64,000 nucleotides of DNA, from the NCBI RefSeq assembly GCF_009914755.1, contig NC_060938.1; one strand, written 5' to 3'. The position numbers were made by a program, and so were the translations under genes. Under the pieces are notes generated by a model. The model had not been told where the DNA came from, ran no database searches, and saw nothing but the letters and a program-made list of their open reading frames with translations. The first letter of the stretch is position 1, and each line of letters opens with the position of its first letter. The stretch is from the human T2T-CHM13v2.0 reference genome, Homo sapiens. Of the stretch, positions 1 through 19,171 are shown in pieces.

Positions 1-1850
1 TAGCACAACTGGCATAAGTGAAGAGGAAATTAATTAGCAGTTATGTCAACAGGAAAAATTCTTTCCAAGTGCCAACAATGAGAAAAGTAAATAGAAAACA
101 TGGAAGGAAAGTCAAGAGCCTGAGAGATAATTCTAGAAATGACAATATCCAGCAAATAGAACTTTCAGAAAGACAAAACAGGAAATGAACATAAGGTAAA
201 CCTCAAGGAAACAATCGAGGGAAAGTGTTCAAAACTAAATAATGTCACATCCTCAAACTAGAAGAATCCTCCTAAGTTATAAGTAACATTAAAAAGATCA
301 GTACAGTCTCTGGAGAAATATCAGAACATATAAGGTGTGATGAGACTATCTTAAATGCTTCCAAAGAGAAAATATATGTTGTAAGATATTGCCAAAGTTA
401 TCAACAAAACTAGTTTTAAAAATAAAATTATGTACTCACTCTACTATTAAATGTGAGGTCAAAATAAAGACACTTTTGGACATTTAAATTATCAGAAAAT
501 TTACCATACTTAATCTAGAAGAATTACGAAATGAAGATAAATGCCAATAAATATTTAAGTATTAAATATTAAAATCAATATTAATATGGTATAAAATAAA
601 CAATTATAAATTATTAATATCAATTAAATCAAGTTAAATAGTGATTATAAAAACATAATAATAGTTTTAATGTCACATTTATATAGCATCATTATTGGAG
701 ATGGAGAAGCGGAAAAAGGCGGGGAGCATGGAAAGAATGTTAACCTTTGGTCTAGTTCTGAATAGAAAAATCAGACACTCATTGACCCCGTAATGTTAAT
801 ATTTTTAAGGATAATTAGGGAAATAGAGATTAAAAACACAGCTTCTAAAATATTAGAAAGTAGAGTAATAGAACAAAAAGTTAACATGACTTGCGTAAGA
901 AGACACAAGAATGAGAAAACCCATGAAAAGAAAGCCTGTGGTATAGAAAACAATAAAATGGTAACATGTATTAAAGTATATCACAAATCATGGTATGTGT
1001 AAATACCTTAAACTTACCTATTAAAAAGTAGACATGATTATATCAGTAAAAACCAACAAGCTTGCAACAACAACAACAGAGAAACAAATAAAGGCAATTG
1101 ATGAGGGCCCCAATAAAACAAAATTAGAATAGAATATTGACTATGAAGGGATAAAAAGCATACTAAATGAATGACAAAAATAGAAATATAACAATACGGC
1201 AGACTGAGGAGAAGTCAAGGCAAAAAATTAAAGGGAGAAATGAGAGACATAAAAATAAAATTTTAGTACTACCAACAAAGTTATGAGATACATTTGAAGA
1301 AACTGTTTACGAAGTATAAGAATTTTTTACAAAATTATAGTACCTGCCAGGTGTGGTGGGTCATGTCTATAATCTCAGCACTTTGGGAGGCCTACGTGGG
1401 AGGATCACTTGAGCCCAGGAGTTCAAAACCAGCCTGGGCAACATAATGAGGCCCTGTCTGTACAAAACAAAACAAATAAAACAAAAATAGAAAAGTTTAA
1501 TATACCTCCTCAGAAATCAAGTGATCAAAATGATAAAAATTAATGTATGGAGGAAGTGAGTAACACATCAATACATTTGATAGGACAACATATATAGAAT
1601 TCTCTATTTCCCCCAAAAAAGGCACATCTTTCTCAGAAGCACATGGAATATTGATAAAGAGTGACATATTGTATCATAAAGTTAATATGAATAAATAGCA
1701 AAGTAATTTGAATAGTATAGACCAGATAACATTATCATTTAACTTTTAATATTTTAGAGCTATTGCTCTAGTGAAGTCACAAAAATTAAATTACTAGTTC
1801 AAACTAGAAATATACATTATCATGTATTAAAAACATTTAAATTATATTTC
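1..1850 (+). mobile_element. Highly decayed old L1 (L1M-type) ORF1/ORF2-5' remnant
   Basis: A-rich + strand with degenerate L1 ORF1 and endonuclease-region phrases (e.g. cacatcttctcagaagcacatggaatattgataaaga near 1623-1660). No open frame. Confidence 0.5.
1346..1493 (+). mobile_element. Alu monomer (FLAM/AluJ left arm)
   Basis: gccaggtgtggtgg...ggaggatcacttgagcccaggagttc...agcctgggcaacata followed by an A-rich tail. Confidence 0.85.
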
Positions 1851-1900
1851 TGCAAGCAGCATTTAATATACTAATGTCACAATAACATTTAAAAATTTAT

Positions 1901-2802
1901 GAAGGAGGAGCCAAGATGGCCGAATAGGAACAGCTCCGGTCTACAGCTCCCAGCGTGAGCGACGCAGAAGACGGTGATTTCTGCATTTCCATCTGAGGTA
2001 CCGGGTTCATCTCACTAGGGAGTGCCAGACAGTGGGCGCAGGTCAGTGGGTGTGCGCACCCTGCGCGACCCGAAGCAGGGCGAGGCATTGCCTCACTTGG
2101 GAAGCACAAGGGGTCAGGGAGTTCCCTTTCCGAGTCAAAGAAAGGGGTGACGGACGGCACTTGGAAAATCGGGTCACTCCCACCCGAATACTGCGCTTTT
2201 CCGACGGGCTTAAAAAACGGCGCACCACGAGATTGTATCCCTCACCTGGCTCGGAGGGTCCTACGCCCACGGAGTCTCGCTGATTGCTAGCACAGCAGTC
2301 TGAGATCAAACTGCAAGGCGGCAGCCAGGCTGGGGTAGGGGCGCCCGCCATTGCCCAGGCTTGATTAGGTAAACAAAGCAGCTGGGAAGCTCGAACTGGG
2401 CGGAGCCCACCACAGCTCAAGGAGGCCTGCCTGCCTCTGTAGGCTCCACCTCTGGGGGCAGGGCACAGACAAACAAAAAGCAGTAACCTCTGCAGACTTA
2501 AAGGTCCCTGTCTGACAGCTTTGAAGAGAGCAGTGGTTCTCCCAGCACGCAGCTGGAGATCTGAGAACGGGCAGACTGCCTCCTCAAGTGGGTCCCTGAC
2601 CCCTGACCCCCGAGCAGCCTAACTGGGAGGCACCCCCGAGCAGGGGCACACTGACACCTCACACGGCAGGGTATTCCAACAGACCTGCAGCTGAGGGTCC
2701 TGTCTGTTAGAAGGAAAACTAACAAACAGAAAGGACATCCACACCAAAAACCCATCTGTACATCACCATCATCAAAGACCAAAAGTAGATAAAACCACAA
2801 AG
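1901..2802 (+). promoter_or_regulatory. L1 5'UTR internal sense/antisense promoter, CpG-rich, YY1 site AAGATGGCC at 1913-1921
   Basis: Many CpGs retained, YY1 motif intact, and short-form UTR length (902 nt). Confidence 0.8.
2043..2351 (-). CDS. LINE-1 antisense ORF0, open, 102 aa (C-terminally extended)
   Basis: MAGAPTPAWLPPCSLISDCCASNQRDSVGVGPSEP... matches the primate L1 ORF0 N-terminus. ATG at 2351. Expression unknown. Confidence 0.6.
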   Translation of the reverse strand: MAGAPTPAWLPPCSLISDCCASNQRDSVGVGPSEPGEGYNLVVRRFLSPSEKRSIRVGVTRFSKCRPSPLSLTRKGNSLTPCASQVRQCLALLRVAQGAHTH

Positions 2803-3819
2803 ATGGGGAAAAAATAGAACAGAAAAACTGGAAACTCTAGAAAGCAGAGCGCCTCTCCTCCTCCAAAGGAACGCAGTTCCTCACCAGCAATGGAACAAAG
2901 CTGGATAGAGAATGACTTTGACGAGCTGAGAGAAGAAGGCTTCAGACGATCAAATTACTCTGAGCTACGGGAGGACATTCAAACCAAAGGCAAAGAAGTT
3001 GAAAACTTTGAAAAAAATTTAGAAGAATGTATAACTAGAATAACCAATACAGAGAAGTGCTTAAAGGAGCTGATGGAGCTGAAAACCAAGGCTCGAGAAC
3101 TATGTGAAGAATGCAGAAGCCTCAGGAGCCGATGTGATCAACTGGAAGATAGGGTATCAGCGATGGAAGATGAAATGAATGAAATGAAGTGAGAAGGGAA
3201 GTTTAGAGAAAAAAGAGTAAAAAGAAATGAGCAAAGCCTCCAAGAAATATGGGACTATGTGAAAAGACCAAATCTACGTCTGATTGGTGTACCTGAAAGT
3301 GATGGGGAGAATGGAACCAAGTTGGAAAACACGCTGCAGGATATTATCCAGGAGAACTTCCCCAATCTAGCAAGGCAGGCCGATGTTCAGATTCAGGAAA
3401 TACAGAGAATGCCACAAAGATACTCCTCGAGAAGAGCAACTCCAAGACACATAATTGTCAGATTCACCAAAGTTGAAATGAAGGAAAAAATGTTAAGGGC
3501 AGCCAGAGAGAAAGGTCGGGTTACCCTCAAAGGGAAGCCCATCAGACTAACAGCGGATCTCTCGGCAGAAACCCTACAAGCCAGAAGAGAGTGGGGGCCA
3601 ATATTCAACATTCTTAAAGAAAAGAATTTTCAACCCAGAATTTCATATCCAGCCAAACTAAGCTTCATAAGTGAAGGAGAAATAAAATACTTTACAGACA
3701 AGCAAATGCTGAGAGATTTTGTCACCACCAGGCCTGCCCTAAAAGAGCTCCTGAAGGAAGTGCTAAACATGGAAAGGAACAATCAGTACCAGCCGCTGCA
3801 AAATCATGCCAAAATGTAA
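2803..3819 (+). pseudogene. L1 ORF1p (338 codons), disrupted
   Basis: ATG at 2803, premature TAG at codon 5 (2815-2817) and TGA at 3190-3192. C-terminal part is RPNLRLIGVPE...ARREW...YPAKLS. Confidence 0.95.
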
Positions 3820-3882
3820 AGACCATCAAGAATAGGAAGAAACTGGATCAACTAACGAGCAAAATAACCAGCTAACATCATA

Positions 3883-7705
<3,823 letters not shown>

Positions 7706-8384
7706 ACAATGAGATCACATGGACACAGGAAGGGGAATATCACACTCTGGGGACTGTTGTGGGGTGGGGGTCGGGGGAGGGATAGCATTGGGAGATATAC
7801 CTAATGCTAGATGACGAGTTAGTGGGTGCAGTGCACCAGCATGGCACATGTATAGATATGTAACTAACCTGCAAAATGTGCACATGTACCCTAAAACTTA
7901 ATGTATAATTAAAAAAAAAGAAAAAAAAATTTATTACTATTATTTTTGTGTTTGTTATGTAATAGACAATATTGTTCTACTTTTATTTTAATTACATGTT
8001 ACATGGCCAGTACAATTTACCATATACCAAATTTTTTATTTCTTATTTTGTGAATTGGTTATATTTCACAAAATGCTTTTATAATAATTTGTATAAATGT
8101 TATTTTAACTTACTATCAAATTATCTTTATTTTCACACTACATTTTAATTTTTACTGTCAAATTTACCATTTTTTATCTTTATTACATGTTTTATCCCTT
8201 TTGAACTTACAGCTTTCTCCTTCCTGTATAGTCACTAGTCAATTCAATTTCCCTCAAAATTTTGTGCAGCTTTACTTAGAAAAATATACTACAAAAAATC
8301 TTAGATATTAGGTGAATATCTAAGTTGATATTTTTGAAAAAACTAAAGAGTTAATACAAATACATTAATTATAACATTTGGCAA

Positions 8385-9497
8385 TTTAGAATGGATCATT
8401 TCTCCAAAGAAGACATAAGAACAGCCAAGAGTTATATGAAAAGATCTTTAACATCACTAATCCTCAGGCAAAGGTAAATCAAAATCACAATGAAATATCA
8501 ACATACCTGTTAGGAAGGCTATTGGCATAAAAATAAAATATAATAAATTTTGGCAAGGATATGGAGAAAATGGAACACTTGGTAGGAATGTAAGTTGGCA
8601 CAGCTGATATGAAAAACATGGAGTTTCTTCAAAAAATGAAAGGAGAAACTACTGTGTGATCTAGTAATTCCACTTCTGGGTACATATAAAAAAAAATGAG
8701 ATATGTCTGCAACCTCATATTCATCGTAGTTTTATTTATAATAGTCAAGATTTGGAAAAAAACCTAAATGTCCATCAACTGATGAGAGGATAAAGAAAAT
8801 GTGGAATAAACACACAATAAATATTATTCAACTATAAAAAGGAAGAAAACCCTGCCATATGGGTAAATATGGAAGGCATTATGCTAAGTGAAACAAGTCA
8901 GTCATAGAAGGAAAATACTTTATGAATCCAGTTATACGTTGTGTTTTAGTCTGTCTTGTGATATAACAAAATACCTGAGCTTGGTAATTCTTAATGAACA
9001 CAAGTTTATTGGTCCACTGTTCTAGAGCCTAGGAAGTCCAAGAGCATGGCACTGGCATCTTGTGAGGACTTTCTTGCTGTGTCATCCCATGGCTGAAGGA
9101 CAAAGAAAGGGTGAGGTGAGAGAGAGACAAGAGAGGGCCAAATATTCTTTTATAAGAAACCCACTCCCACAATAATAGCATTAATTTATTCATGAGAGTT
9201 GAGCCTTCATGACCTAATCACCTCTTAACAGGTTCCACCTTTTGACACTGTTGCATTGGGAATTAAGTTTCCAATGAGTTTTGGGGGAAACATTCAACCA
9301 CAGCATGAGGTAAATAAGCAATAAGCAAACTCATGGAGACAGAGAGTAGAGTGATGGTTGTCAGAGAGTGAGTGTAGGGTAAAACAAATGGTTCCTGTTT
9401 AACAAGCGTGATTTCTTAGTTATGTAAGGTGAGTAGGTTGTAGAGGTCTGCTGTAGAACATTGTGCCTATAGTCAACTGTTAAAAAAAAATAAAAAG
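8385..9497 (+). mobile_element. Old L1 3' end (L1MA9/L1MB-like), interrupted by a MaLR LTR
   Basis: catttctccaaagaagacata...cctaaatgtccatcaactgatg...ctgctgtagaacattgtgcctatagt, ending in an A tail. Confidence 0.8.
8940..9305 (-). mobile_element. MaLR solo LTR (MSTD-like)
   Basis: Reverse complement begins tgctgtggttgaatgtttcccccaaaactcattggaaacttaattcccaatgcaacagtg...aggtgattaggtcatgaagg. Confidence 0.85.
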
Positions 9498-9499
9498 AG

Positions 9500-10420
9500 T
9501 ATTCCAAACTTAATATATTCAAAAGTGAGCCCATGATATTTCTTCTAATATTATTCTCTTTCAGTATTCCCTATTTCAGAATATGTTTTCATCACCCATT
9601 CAGTTATTAAAGCCTCAAATACACAAGTCTGTCCTAGCACCTTCCATTACCACAGCGTTGCAAAGTTGGGTAAACTTCACCTGATAAATATATCTTGAAT
9701 TAATCCTTTCTCTCAATTTATATTTATCTTTCTGTTATTTTCTGTATGGCCTCTTTAAATTACTCTTTAAAGAGTCAATCTGAATTTTATCCATTTTAAT
9801 CTCTACCCTGTGGCCAGAGTGATTATTTCAAAATTTGTCTGATTGTCTCACTTCCCTGCACAAAAATGTTCAATAATTCACTGTGACTTGTAGATAAATT
9901 TAAGTCCTTAAAATGCTTTATGAATAAAATGACTGTACACACTACATTGCCAAGGCAGTTTCAGTTTATATCTGTTATCTTAGTGGCATAATTTTCAGTA
10001 GCAGCCCTTTCATTCATAAGGGTACAAAATTTGATGATAAATTTTATGCTTACCCTAACTGTAAGGCCCTTTATTATCTACCTTCTCCCTTCCTCTTAAG
10101 CTTCATTCTGAATCTTGATCTTTCTCACTCTCATAGCTCCAGCTTTTTGCTCATTCCTTGGTCTATGCCACACTACGTCTCCACTCAACGTATTTGCATA
10201 AACTCTTTCATATGCCAGAGGCTACCTCTCCTTATTCTTCAGATGACAAATTGAGTGCTACATTCCCTAATTAAGAACTATCTGATCATCTAAAATGTTC
10301 AAATCCCTCTATTATATCATGCACCTATCCGTTGTTATACTTATTACAAGAGTAATTTTAAATTATTTGTTTGATTATTTTGTTAAATTTGCTTTGTCTA
10401 CTAGAAACTTACTAGTGCAT
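9500..10420 (+). mobile_element. LINE2 fragment
   Basis: Pyrimidine-rich L2 3' phrases (aaacttaatatattcaaaagtgagc; gccagagtgattatttcaaaa). Confidence 0.65.
9928..10058. mobile_element. hAT MITE (MER94-like) nested in L2
   Basis: ...agcagccctttcattcataagggtacaaaatttgatgataaattttatgcttacccta resembles the MER94 end. Confidence 0.55.
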
Positions 10421-10699
10421 AAGCACCATGGCATTGCTAAATAAATAAATTGGTTAATTTTAACTCTTGATGTAAAATGATGAGAAAAAATAAAATTTCC
10501 CCGTTGTGCACAGCTCGGTTTCCATGGTCCATCATTATAATCACTTCTTTGCACAATGATAACTTCCTTGCCCTTTTCTTCCTTTATCATATGCATATGG
10601 CAAAATTTCAACCTTGGAAGAAACCGAATACTAATTACCAGGAGGTATTTAGTGCCATGAGATAATGTTACTGTCTTACTTTCCTATTTTATAAGAAAA

Positions 10700-12850
<2,151 letters not shown>

Positions 12851-13929
12851 AATTAATTAATTAAACTAATATAGAGGCTTAGAGCCACTGATTGCTATGG
12901 CTGGCTTAATTGATCCCAGCCCACTTCCTGTAGCTGCTATTGGTTTTCCAAACACCAGGCATGTATTTTAAGTCAGGCAACTGGAGAGGCAAGTGAACTG
13001 ATTGCTGAAGGCACAGTAAAAGGCTTATGTCATTTGAATATTGCAGCACTTCTCTCCCAGGGATTAGCGGGAACTAGGATAAATTTGGAGACAGAAGGGA
13101 GCGAGGGTTTGATGGACCTGCATAGTAGGTCACAAAGAATAAACATTCAAATTCATTCTATAAATGATAAATTACTTACTTGCACTAGACATAGAATGGA
13201 ATATTATTTTGTGTCATTACTGGGGGAATTCACCTAGAACTCAGTGTGTGACTTAAAACCAGCCATTTTGTGATAATGATGTGGGAGTTCAAGATCAGGC
13301 TGACACAGATAAAGTTACATGCCAGGACCCAGGCAGGGATAAGGGGGTGGCTGGACTGAGTACCCGATTTAGTCTGCTTAAAAGCTTGGCCCAGTACTGC
13401 ACAAAATGATGTGTGTGTGTGTGGCGGGGGGTGGGGAGGTCTTTATGTCTTTTACATTCATATTTGATATACACTAGCTTACTGTAGAAATACAGGTTTA
13501 AAAGAGCAGACTTGCTAAGGTTAATTCAGAAAGATTTAATTTGGGAAATTTATAATTGGCAGCAGTATTTCTGCTTTATAAATAAAGCATTCTGCCAGGA
13601 ATGAGATGTAAGCTATACACAGAACTTACAACTTTGTATATAAGTATGTATCATTAGGTAGGAGTTTAAAAGATCTGATTATCAGTGCATAAATATTTTA
13701 GAGATTGCCTAAATATCTAAGCTATATAAACTGTATGTATTCCTTTAAAGTAGAAGCAAAAAATAAAGAGTCAGAGAGAGAGCAAATTGAAATGCATGTG
13801 GGTCAGCATACCATAAATATGTTAACTACAACCACCTCTCACAGAGAACAGTTAACACTTTTTGCATTTTGAAAAAAGACACTCCTCACCCTTCTTTTTT
13901 TTAGATACAAAGAAGATAGAGTAGAAATA

Positions 13930-15010
13930 CAAATGGACGCAGGGAGACCAGCGAAGGGTTTATTGCATTTGTCCTGATGAGAGATAACAAAAATTGAGTT
14001 AATATGTACAGATACAATCAGACACGTATGAGATACATTAAAATGTAGAATTGCTTGGACTTGCTACTGCTTACCTTTGGTGAAGTGTAGAGAAAGGGAG
14101 ATGCTGTGAATGGCAGACTTTGGATTTTAGCACTTGGATCAATGGTGGCACCATTCACTAAGGAAAGGAGCTAATTAGGGCAGTTTTGTGTGTGAACATG
14201 TGTGTGTGTGTCTGTGTGTGAATTTAAATTCAAAATTATAAATTGTGAATCGGGCTTTGAAATATCTGTGAGACATCCCATTAGAACTAGTGAAAGTGCA
14301 AGTGGATATATAGATTTAAAACCCTGAATTGTCATCTAGACTTACTAAATAAATTTGAGTCATCTCTTTACAGATACAAACTGAAGGCAGAGGAGTTGAT
14401 GAAATTTATATTAAAAACTTTTAGAAAAATGAGAAATTGGCCTAATATTTAATAGTATAAATGGAGTCTACGTTTTTTTTTTCTATAAAGGGCCAGATAG
14501 TAAATATTTTAGGCTTTGTAGGTCAAATGGTCTCTGTCACTACTACACATTTGCCATTGTAGTGCTAAATTGGCCACAGTCAATATATAAATGAATGAGC
14601 ATTATTATGTTCCAATAAATTTTTATTAGCAGATATTAGGAAGCAAATTGGACTTGACCCATGGGCCGTGGTTTGCTGACCCATGAACTAGGATTCTGGA
14701 TCTAAATATCAGATAAGTGAAAATAAATTGGTAAAGATGTGGGAGAAGGCAGAAAAGATCAATTGAGAGTTGTGTTAGAGACACAGATAGAAGAGAGAAT
14801 GCAAAAAAGATAAAAATTTTATAAATTTAAAAATCCCATTTGAGTTAGCCACATAATAGTCATTGATCACCTTGTTAAAATCCATTTTAAAGATATAGTA
14901 AAAAGTGAATGATGGTAATGGGTTGAAGAAAGAGTGGAAAGAGGGTAAATGGGCACAGTAAATACAAATAACTCTTTTATGAAAATTAGACACGAAGAGG
15001 ACAGGGATAA
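13930..15010 (-). mobile_element. LINE2 fragment(s), interrupted by MER58A
   Basis: Reverse L2 phrases (atggtggcaccattcact; gagacatccca...gtggatatatag; gtcattgatcaccttg). Confidence 0.65.
14462..14686 (+). mobile_element. MER58A (hAT-Charlie MITE)
   Basis: taaagggccagatagtaaatattttaggctttg...gggccgtggtttgctgaccc. Confidence 0.85.
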
Positions 15011-15625
15011 AATGTACCTGGAAAGAAAAGGGTTTTCTCAACATGAATGTAAAGTGGATCTAAAATAGTCATTTACATCAAGATTGTATGTAGTCAGTAT
15101 GTAGTAACATGTTTATGCACCCTATTTCAAGCTCCTTACTTCATTTTGTTCTCGCTAGTTTATGCTAGAGGCTTTGAGACTTGGTACAGCAACTGCAGAT
15201 GACAATGTCAATGCTCAACAAAGATCTCTTTTCTGAGCCCTACTCATCTGTAAGGGCGTTAAGACCATTTTAGGAATAGACTTCTTTAGGATATGGGGTG
15301 GGGAAACTATTTCTTTCAGTGATTATATCTTGTACTAGTGACAGTTCTGGGTAACAAAACAACAAAAGTGAATGACTTTTATTAAATGTAGGGGTTTTAT
15401 GTTAATTTGTTAGTAAACCAATTGTAAGCTGGCACCCCTGCGGATTCAGAAACCTAGTTAAACTTGATTTGTAATCTTGGAGAATCAGGAGGGCTCCTTG
15501 TAACTGCTGAAGATTAGCTTGTAGTTAACATGCCTATGTTATCCTCTGTTTCCACCCTGTTCTCCATCAGTCTGGAACAAATAAGCAGGTGCTTCACCAT
15601 TTTCCACAAAATATTCCTTGCACCT

Positions 15626-16000
15626 TGATATGGTTTAGCTGTGTCCCCACCCAAATCTCATTTGAATTGTAACTCCCACAATTCCCACGTGTCATGGGAG
15701 GAACCCAGTGTTAAGTGATTGAATTATGGGGGCATTTCTTTCCTTTTTTGTTCTCATGATTGTGAATGAGTCTCAAGAGATCTGATGGTTTCATAAGGGG
15801 AAACCCGTTTCACTTGACTTTCATTCTCTCTTTGCCTGCTGCCATTCAGGTAAGACCGGACTTGCTCCTCCTTGCCTTCCGCCATGATTGTGAGGCTTCC
15901 CCAACCACGTGGAACTGTAAGTCCAATTAAACATCTTTCTTTTGTAAATTGCCTTGTCTCCGGTATGTCTTTATCAGCAGTGTGAAAACAGACTAATACA
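15626..16000 (+). mobile_element. THE1 (THE1C-like) MaLR solo LTR
   Basis: tgatatggtttagctgtgtccccacccaaatctc...gactaataca, with a perfect 5-bp TSD cacct (15621-15625 / 16001-16005). Confidence 0.93.
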
Positions 16001-17304
16001 CACCTATAATTTATTGTATTTGTTTTCTGTAAATAACCACTTTCCATGACTTTTCTTTATTCAGCTTTAATCTGCTACACTTTCCTCTGCATGTGCTCCC
16101 TAGTTTTCTGGAGGGAACATACTCACTTTTCCAACTGTCTCAAGACAAATGCTTTTTGAGAACTTTTCCCTTTTTCTCCTTAAGAGAGAAGGTGCACAAA
16201 CTACTAACAGTATAACAATTTCTGTATCTCATTACATTTGTGTTCACTCTTCTCTGGAAAAAATTGAGCACAGGATTTATGATAAGGGGCTTTCTCTCAG
16301 CCAGATTTTTGACCTTATTTAAAAGGCACTCCAAATTCCTACTTAAGTTTATCTTTCAATTAAAAATGCACATTAAAGACAAGTGCAAACCTGCAGAACT
16401 GCCTTAATTTTCTTCTCTCCTTTACAATCTGAATTACATAAAGAATTAATGCAGCATTTTAAAGTAGCTAAAATACTTCCATGTTGTAGCTTTAGGCAAG
16501 CGTTGTCCTTCACACTGCTTACATTGCAGCTTAATATTATCTAAGGACAATGGGCACCTTTAATGTACTCAGTTATTTACTTTATTAAGTATACCTTCAT
16601 TCTAGCCTTAGAGATTGATGACTATTTAGAGTTCTAATTTATGTAAAATGTTAAATCCATATTTTAGACAAATTCATACTGATGAGGCCAAACTCAGAAA
16701 ATATCTTTGTTTATATGTGACCTGAAGCCACTTTACATCCCATTGATAATGCTGTCAAATCTTTAGCTATGTAACTATTTTTAGAATTCCAATTTCTTTC
16801 AGAAGACGATGCTATATTTTTATCAATCTTTTATAGAGAATGGATATAAATTACCTATGCCATGGAAGCTAAGACCGACATAGGTATAGATTTGAATCCC
16901 AGAATCAGAATTAAGAGAGTAAGATAACTATGTGTTACTAGCAAAAGCTATAGATGCAGAAAAAGGTATGCTACCTAGCTTTTTAATTATTTCAACTGTT
17001 TTTGAGAAAAAAGATCAAGGACTCAAGCATCCTTTGTCCTGCAATACTCTGGAAAATGTCAGGCTTCTACTTATTAAAGACAAAATAACTGAAGACTTTA
17101 TGATCTTGTCCCCCAATACCGAGCCTAGCAGATGCACCATAACCGTGAATATCCTCCAGCCAATTTTATGTGTTTTAGAAATTACATATTCTATCAATAA
17201 TTCAAGGATAAAAATGATGGTAACTGGAGATGAGGCAAAGCAGGCTCCCGAGAGTATAAGAAAACAGATGAACAACAACCATTGTTCTGGCCAGAAGTCT
17301 AAGT

Positions 17305-17480
17305 GAAAAAGAGTTTTAGAGTACATTAAACTCACCTGGGGCAGGGGGTTTAAAAAATTCTGATACTCAGAATGTACCCAGATCAATTAAATCAGAATTT
17401 CTTGGCGTGAGACCCAAGTATAGGTATATTCTTAAAGTTATCAGGTAATTCTCATATGGGCTAAGCTTATGAATCATACA
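17305..17480. mobile_element. MER5A-like hAT MITE
   Basis: cccagatcaattaaatcagaatttct...caggtaattctcatatg. Confidence 0.6.
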
Positions 17481-18002
17481 TTTAGAGACTTTGGCAAATA
17501 AATGTTACAGACATCAGTGAGAAATAAATTTAATATTGTATCTAATTCTGCACACTTAAGCAAGTTTTATGTGTTTTTAGATTTAAAAAAATCCATATTT
17601 AAAGACTATTGACCTGATACTTGCAAATAGGATCAGTAGAATTTATTGGAATTATTTGATTGTGACAAGAAAGATCTGACTTGTCCTAATGACTAATCAA
17701 CAACAAAATTGGGCCAGAGCAGATAATTCTAAGAATAAGAAGAGTTAGCTAATAAGCTAGAGGTCATTGTATCTACTTGTACCTAGGTATTTATATTTCT
17801 TTAAATTTTGCGCTAATTTTGAATGTCAATTAGATAACTCCAAAATACTATTTTTTTTTGTTTTGCCATTTACATAAAAATTAAAACATTTAAATTGAAA
17901 GGCATGCAAAACACTTTTTTCTAAATGAATATCATTGTTTCAAGACTTGCTTTTTCAACCAAAGAGCTTATGACCAATACCTTGAGTCAGATTTTCCTAT
18001 TT

Positions 18003-18184
18003 CAGGGTTTCTTGAAATGTGGTTTATAGTTCACATGAATCACAGTAACACTGTCTATTAAAACTGAAGGTTCGTGATCTCTGCCTCAGATATACAGAAT
18101 CATAATCTCCTAGTGAGAGGCTTTGTAACTTATTTACAATCTTCCCAGGAGATTTTGATACACACTAAATTTTCAGAATCATTG
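18003..18184. mobile_element. MER5B-like hAT MITE
   Basis: cagggtttcttgaaatgtgg...cccaggagattttgatacacactaaattttcagaatcattg. Confidence 0.6.
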
Positions 18185-19171
18185 CCTTACTTCCCTCGAA
18201 GTAAAACTCTAGATTTATACTTTCAGCAGTAGGATTAAATGTTTACATGCCACAGAAGGCCAGGAGAGGGCAGCAGAAAGCTGAAATTTATGGGAAAAAA
18301 AGGGAAGACTTGACCTTGGAAGTCCCCTAAAATTTGAGAGAACATACATCTAGAAAAATAGGTAAGAGTTTGTAACTGCGACTAAAAAGTAAATCTATTG
18401 GACCATTTTGGTAGGTAATTTAAAAAGAGAGCTGAAAAAGGTGAGAAGAGTTCATTCAAAACCATTTGTCAAAGTGGAAAGCAACTCAACTGGAAAACAT
18501 GCCTAAGAAACTGATTTTTCGGCCATGAATATGCCCAGAATGAAGAAGACAGGCACTAGAGGAAAGGTACTAGAAGAAACAAGCTGAACAAAAAAGTACG
18601 ACAAGTTAGTGGAGATGACTGTGAAAACATAATTCCATTGATGTATTAACTCATTTCCTTAAGAAAAAAATAATGGTGTTGATGATGCTGAGGAAATAAA
18701 ATTTTAATTATAAATACGACAAAAGGAAAATAGCTAGTCTGTGACTAGTGACTAGTATTTGTTATGTAGTGATGGCAGATGGTCAAAAGATTACAGCTAT
18801 TTTCAGAAATGGTTTAGAAGAAAAGAGGGTTGTCTTTTGATGAAAAGCTAGACTTTATTTATTTTAAGAATAGCTGACAACAAACACTTAATTGGAGGAA
18901 GTTTTTTACATTGTTGTAAATATTCTGCTGTATGGTAGTTAGGAAGAAAAATACAAACGAATTTTTTTCAGAAATCATTAATAGCCAATTGATCCTCAAG
19001 TTGAAAGAGAAATTAAATACTTATATATGGTCTCAGAAAGATAGTTTATAGGAAAAACAAAGTAACTATAAAGCTATCATAGTATATAATGCAAATATAA
19101 GACAGTCTACAGATATGAAAACCTGTTTGATGAAACTGAAACACTTGAGGTACTTCTACTAAAAGGCCCCA

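Noticed and set aside
7749-7781. G-quadruplex motif
   Set aside because: Real, but a standard feature of the L1PA 3'UTR.
16932-17386. Overlapping 124-aa (+) and 123-aa (-) ORFs
   Set aside because: No recognisable domain, and one end lies in a MER5 element. Consistent with chance ORFs.
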